Below, piece by piece: positions 42,275 to 44,054 of a stretch of 44,054 nt of DNA; the stretch's first letter is position 1, and the number at the start of each line of letters is the position of its first letter. The translations under genes were made by a program, and so were the position numbers. The DNA is from Acutalibacteraceae bacterium (GTDB lineage: Bacteria > Bacillota > Clostridia > Oscillospirales > Acutalibacteraceae): assembly GCA_045537315.1 (NCBI GenBank), contig JAZSPF010000042.1:1-44054 (forward strand). The letters run 5' to 3'. The notes under the pieces were generated by a model that ran no database searches, had not been told where the DNA came from, and saw only the letters and a list, made by a program, of their open reading frames with translations.

Positions 42275-43734
42275 CAGATGCTACCTCCCTTGTCTGCTAA
42301 AACTTCCTCGAGTGTCAGCTTGTCTTTCTTGTACTTTTCAACAAGGTCACTGAGTTCATAGCCGCTGTTTTCGAGTATGGATTTCATTTCGTCATAGATA
42401 TCTTCGTTGCCGTTATATGCGGCGCAAAGAGCATAGAGGTTGCAGGTCTGCACCGTGTAAGCACTCTGAGCCATATATTCATCCATTGTTTCAAGAGCTG
42501 TATCACCTTCGCCCTTGAGAAGATATGCTATAGCCATTGTGGGCATATATGAAATATCGCCTGAGGGAAGATTTGCTTTTGCCTCTTCACAGACTTCGAG
42601 CATCTTATCTGTGTCGGGAGTTTCAAGCCAGCGGTAGTAGCTTGCTTTGGCAACATAAGCGTTGGAGTCTTCTTTGTTGATGTTTACGAGTCTCTGATAA
42701 AGTTCTTCTACAAGCTCGCCGTCACCTGCTTTTGCTGCTATTGCACAGTAGTTTGCAAGATAAGCCCATTCCATATTTCTGTCGTTGATTTCGTCAACCT
42801 TTTTCAGCTGAGCAAGCTGTGCGTCAACGCTTTCTTCATGGAAGCTCATAACAACATATTTGTAGTATTCGATGAATAAGGGGTCATAAGCTTCGATGCC
42901 TTCCTCTTCTGAGGGAGTTGTTTCGTAAAGAGCGTCAAGCTGTGCCATTATTTCATCATAGTCATACTCTTCGCCTGTCATTACGGGTTCAATAATTTCT
43001 GCAACCTTATAATATGTTTTGGTCAGTGATGTGGCACTGTCAAGCAAAGCTGCATATTTTTTATTCCAGGGCATTTTAAGCTGTTTTTCACTGTAAAGTC
43101 TCTCAATGAGAGCTGCGGCATCAGTGATATAGCCTGTTTTGCCATAGCCTTCAAGAAGATCTCTGACAGCCTTCATTGAAATTGTTTCATCACTTGCTGA
43201 TGAAACATAGCTGTAATAAGCTGTCATGCCTGTCATAACCTTGCCTGAGTCATAGTTGAGTGACGCATCGGCAACGGTGATAAAGGCCTCAGTGTAGCCT
43301 GCGCTTGCAACGCCTGTGAGTATGAAAACGGCAATCATAACAATTGTCATAAGAACACCGCTCCAGCGAACGGGATATTTCTTCATAAGTTCACGGCATT
43401 CATCACAGTAGGGATAATCCTCTCCGTAGTCTTCACTGCATTCGTTTTCACCGCAACATTCACAGAGTCTTATCTCTTTTTTCTCTTCTTCGGCAGAGTC
43501 CTCTGTATCGGTTTCGTTTATGTCCTCAAGCTCCTGAATGAGGACTTCTTCTTCGCTTGCAGCTTTATCAAGCTCCTGCTGGAACATATCTCTTATGTCT
43601 TCGAGCTCCTTTTCCAATTCGACAGCTTCTTCGGTTGCTTCCTCGGCAACTTCGTCAGCTACGGGTAAATCTGATGCTTCAGGTACCTGAGGGGTGTCCT
43701 GAGCTTCAAGCTCGTCTTTTCTGTTTTCGTCCAA
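42274..43734 (-). CDS. hypothetical protein: acidic N-terminus, Cys-rich zinc-ribbon, one TM, helical-repeat (TPR-like) C-terminal domain
   Basis: 486 aa. CECCGENEC...CDEC cluster and TM VLMTIVMIAVFILTGVASAGY. TTG start 8 nt after GGAGG. Confidence 0.6.
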   Translation of the reverse strand: MDENRKDELEAQDTPQVPEASDLPVADEVAEEATEEAVELEKELEDIRDMFQQELDKAASEEEVLIQELEDINETDTEDSAEEEKKEIRLCECCGENECSEDYGEDYPYCDECRELMKKYPVRWSGVLMTIVMIAVFILTGVASAGYTEAFITVADASLNYDSGKVMTGMTAYYSYVSSASDETISMKAVRDLLEGYGKTGYITDAAALIERLYSEKQLKMPWNKKYAALLDSATSLTKTYYKVAEIIEPVMTGEEYDYDEIMAQLDALYETTPSEEEGIEAYDPLFIEYYKYVVMSFHEESVDAQLAQLKKVDEINDRNMEWAYLANYCAIAAKAGDGELVEELYQRLVNINKEDSNAYVAKASYYRWLETPDTDKMLEVCEEAKANLPSGDISYMPTMAIAYLLKGEGDTALETMDEYMAQSAYTVQTCNLYALCAAYNGNEDIYDEMKSILENSGYELSDLVEKYKKDKLTLEEVLADKGGSI

Positions 43735-43883
43735 GATAAAGACCTCCTTAAAGTAATATTCTTTATTTTAGCATTTATTGAAATAAAATGCAACTGTTTA
43801 GCTGTTTAATTATGGGGATAAAACTTAAGAACAAGTTAAAAATTCAAACTGATAAGGCAGCTTTTAACTTTGCAAGGGGGAGA

Positions 43884-43997
43884 TTTGTCGTCAGTGTGTG
43901 CGGGGCGGCTCCACAAAAATCGCTTTGCGATTTTGGGCGACCTTCGGTCGCTTGCCTGACGCAGTCAGGCAGTGGAGCCGCCCACCGCTATCTGACG
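43884..43997 (+). repeat. four-helix-junction repeat, copy C
   Basis: P1 GGCGGCTCCAC/GTGGAGCCGCC (43904-14/43972-82), P2 AAAATCGC-TTT-GCGATTTT, P3 GCGACC-TTC-GGTCGC, P4 TGCCTGAC-GCA-GTCAGGCA. Outer pairing CGTCAG (43889-94) / CTGACG (43992-97). Confidence 0.85.
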
Positions 43998-44054
43998 GGC
44001 AAAGAACACCCTGCAAGGATAGCCCCTGCAGGGTGTAAGTCAATGAGGATGAAA

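Overview
The window looks like an ordinary chromosomal segment of a spore-forming Clostridia genome, possibly Oscillospiraceae/Ruminococcaceae. That taxonomic guess rests only on gene content (ypeB, SpoIID domain, nifS-thiI pairing), mid-40s %GC and GGAGG ribosome-binding sites. I call about 40 protein genes and one tRNA-Thr(CGU). Most are housekeeping: glgP, glnA, a DnaD-domain/DnaI-like loader pair, a TagG/TagH-like ABC exporter, a multidomain flavodiiron protein, a Na+-pumping biotin decarboxylase cluster, NfeD/SPFH, fba, SpoIID-domain protein, sortase B, cinA, thiI, a cysteine desulfurase, ypeB, Fe-ADH, mnmE, an SDR, an ACP, a PlsC-like acyltransferase and an EF-G2-like GTPase. I found no CRISPR array, cas genes, transposase, integrase, reverse transcriptase or recognisable defence system. 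The most unusual content is non-coding. (1) A tRNA-sized four-helix-junction repeat occurs three times with compensatory stem substitutions. (2) A 330-410 bp element has long terminal inverted repeats built from RRYGCAG heptads; two copies in opposite orientation bracket a 9.3 kb gene block. (3) An array of about eight short hairpins lies just downstream of the tRNA. (4) A roughly 0.9-1.1 kb stretch between the SPFH gene and fba has no ORF and is dense with hairpins. Protein-level oddities include a tandem triplicated membrane protein, a rearranged and duplicated decarboxylase gamma/beta module, and a 60-aa Asn-rich peptide. There is also an acyltransferase/ACP/SDR group and a translationally coupled Zn-ribbon/TPR-like plus membrane-protein pair. 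All functional calls come from motifs read by eye; no database search was possible.
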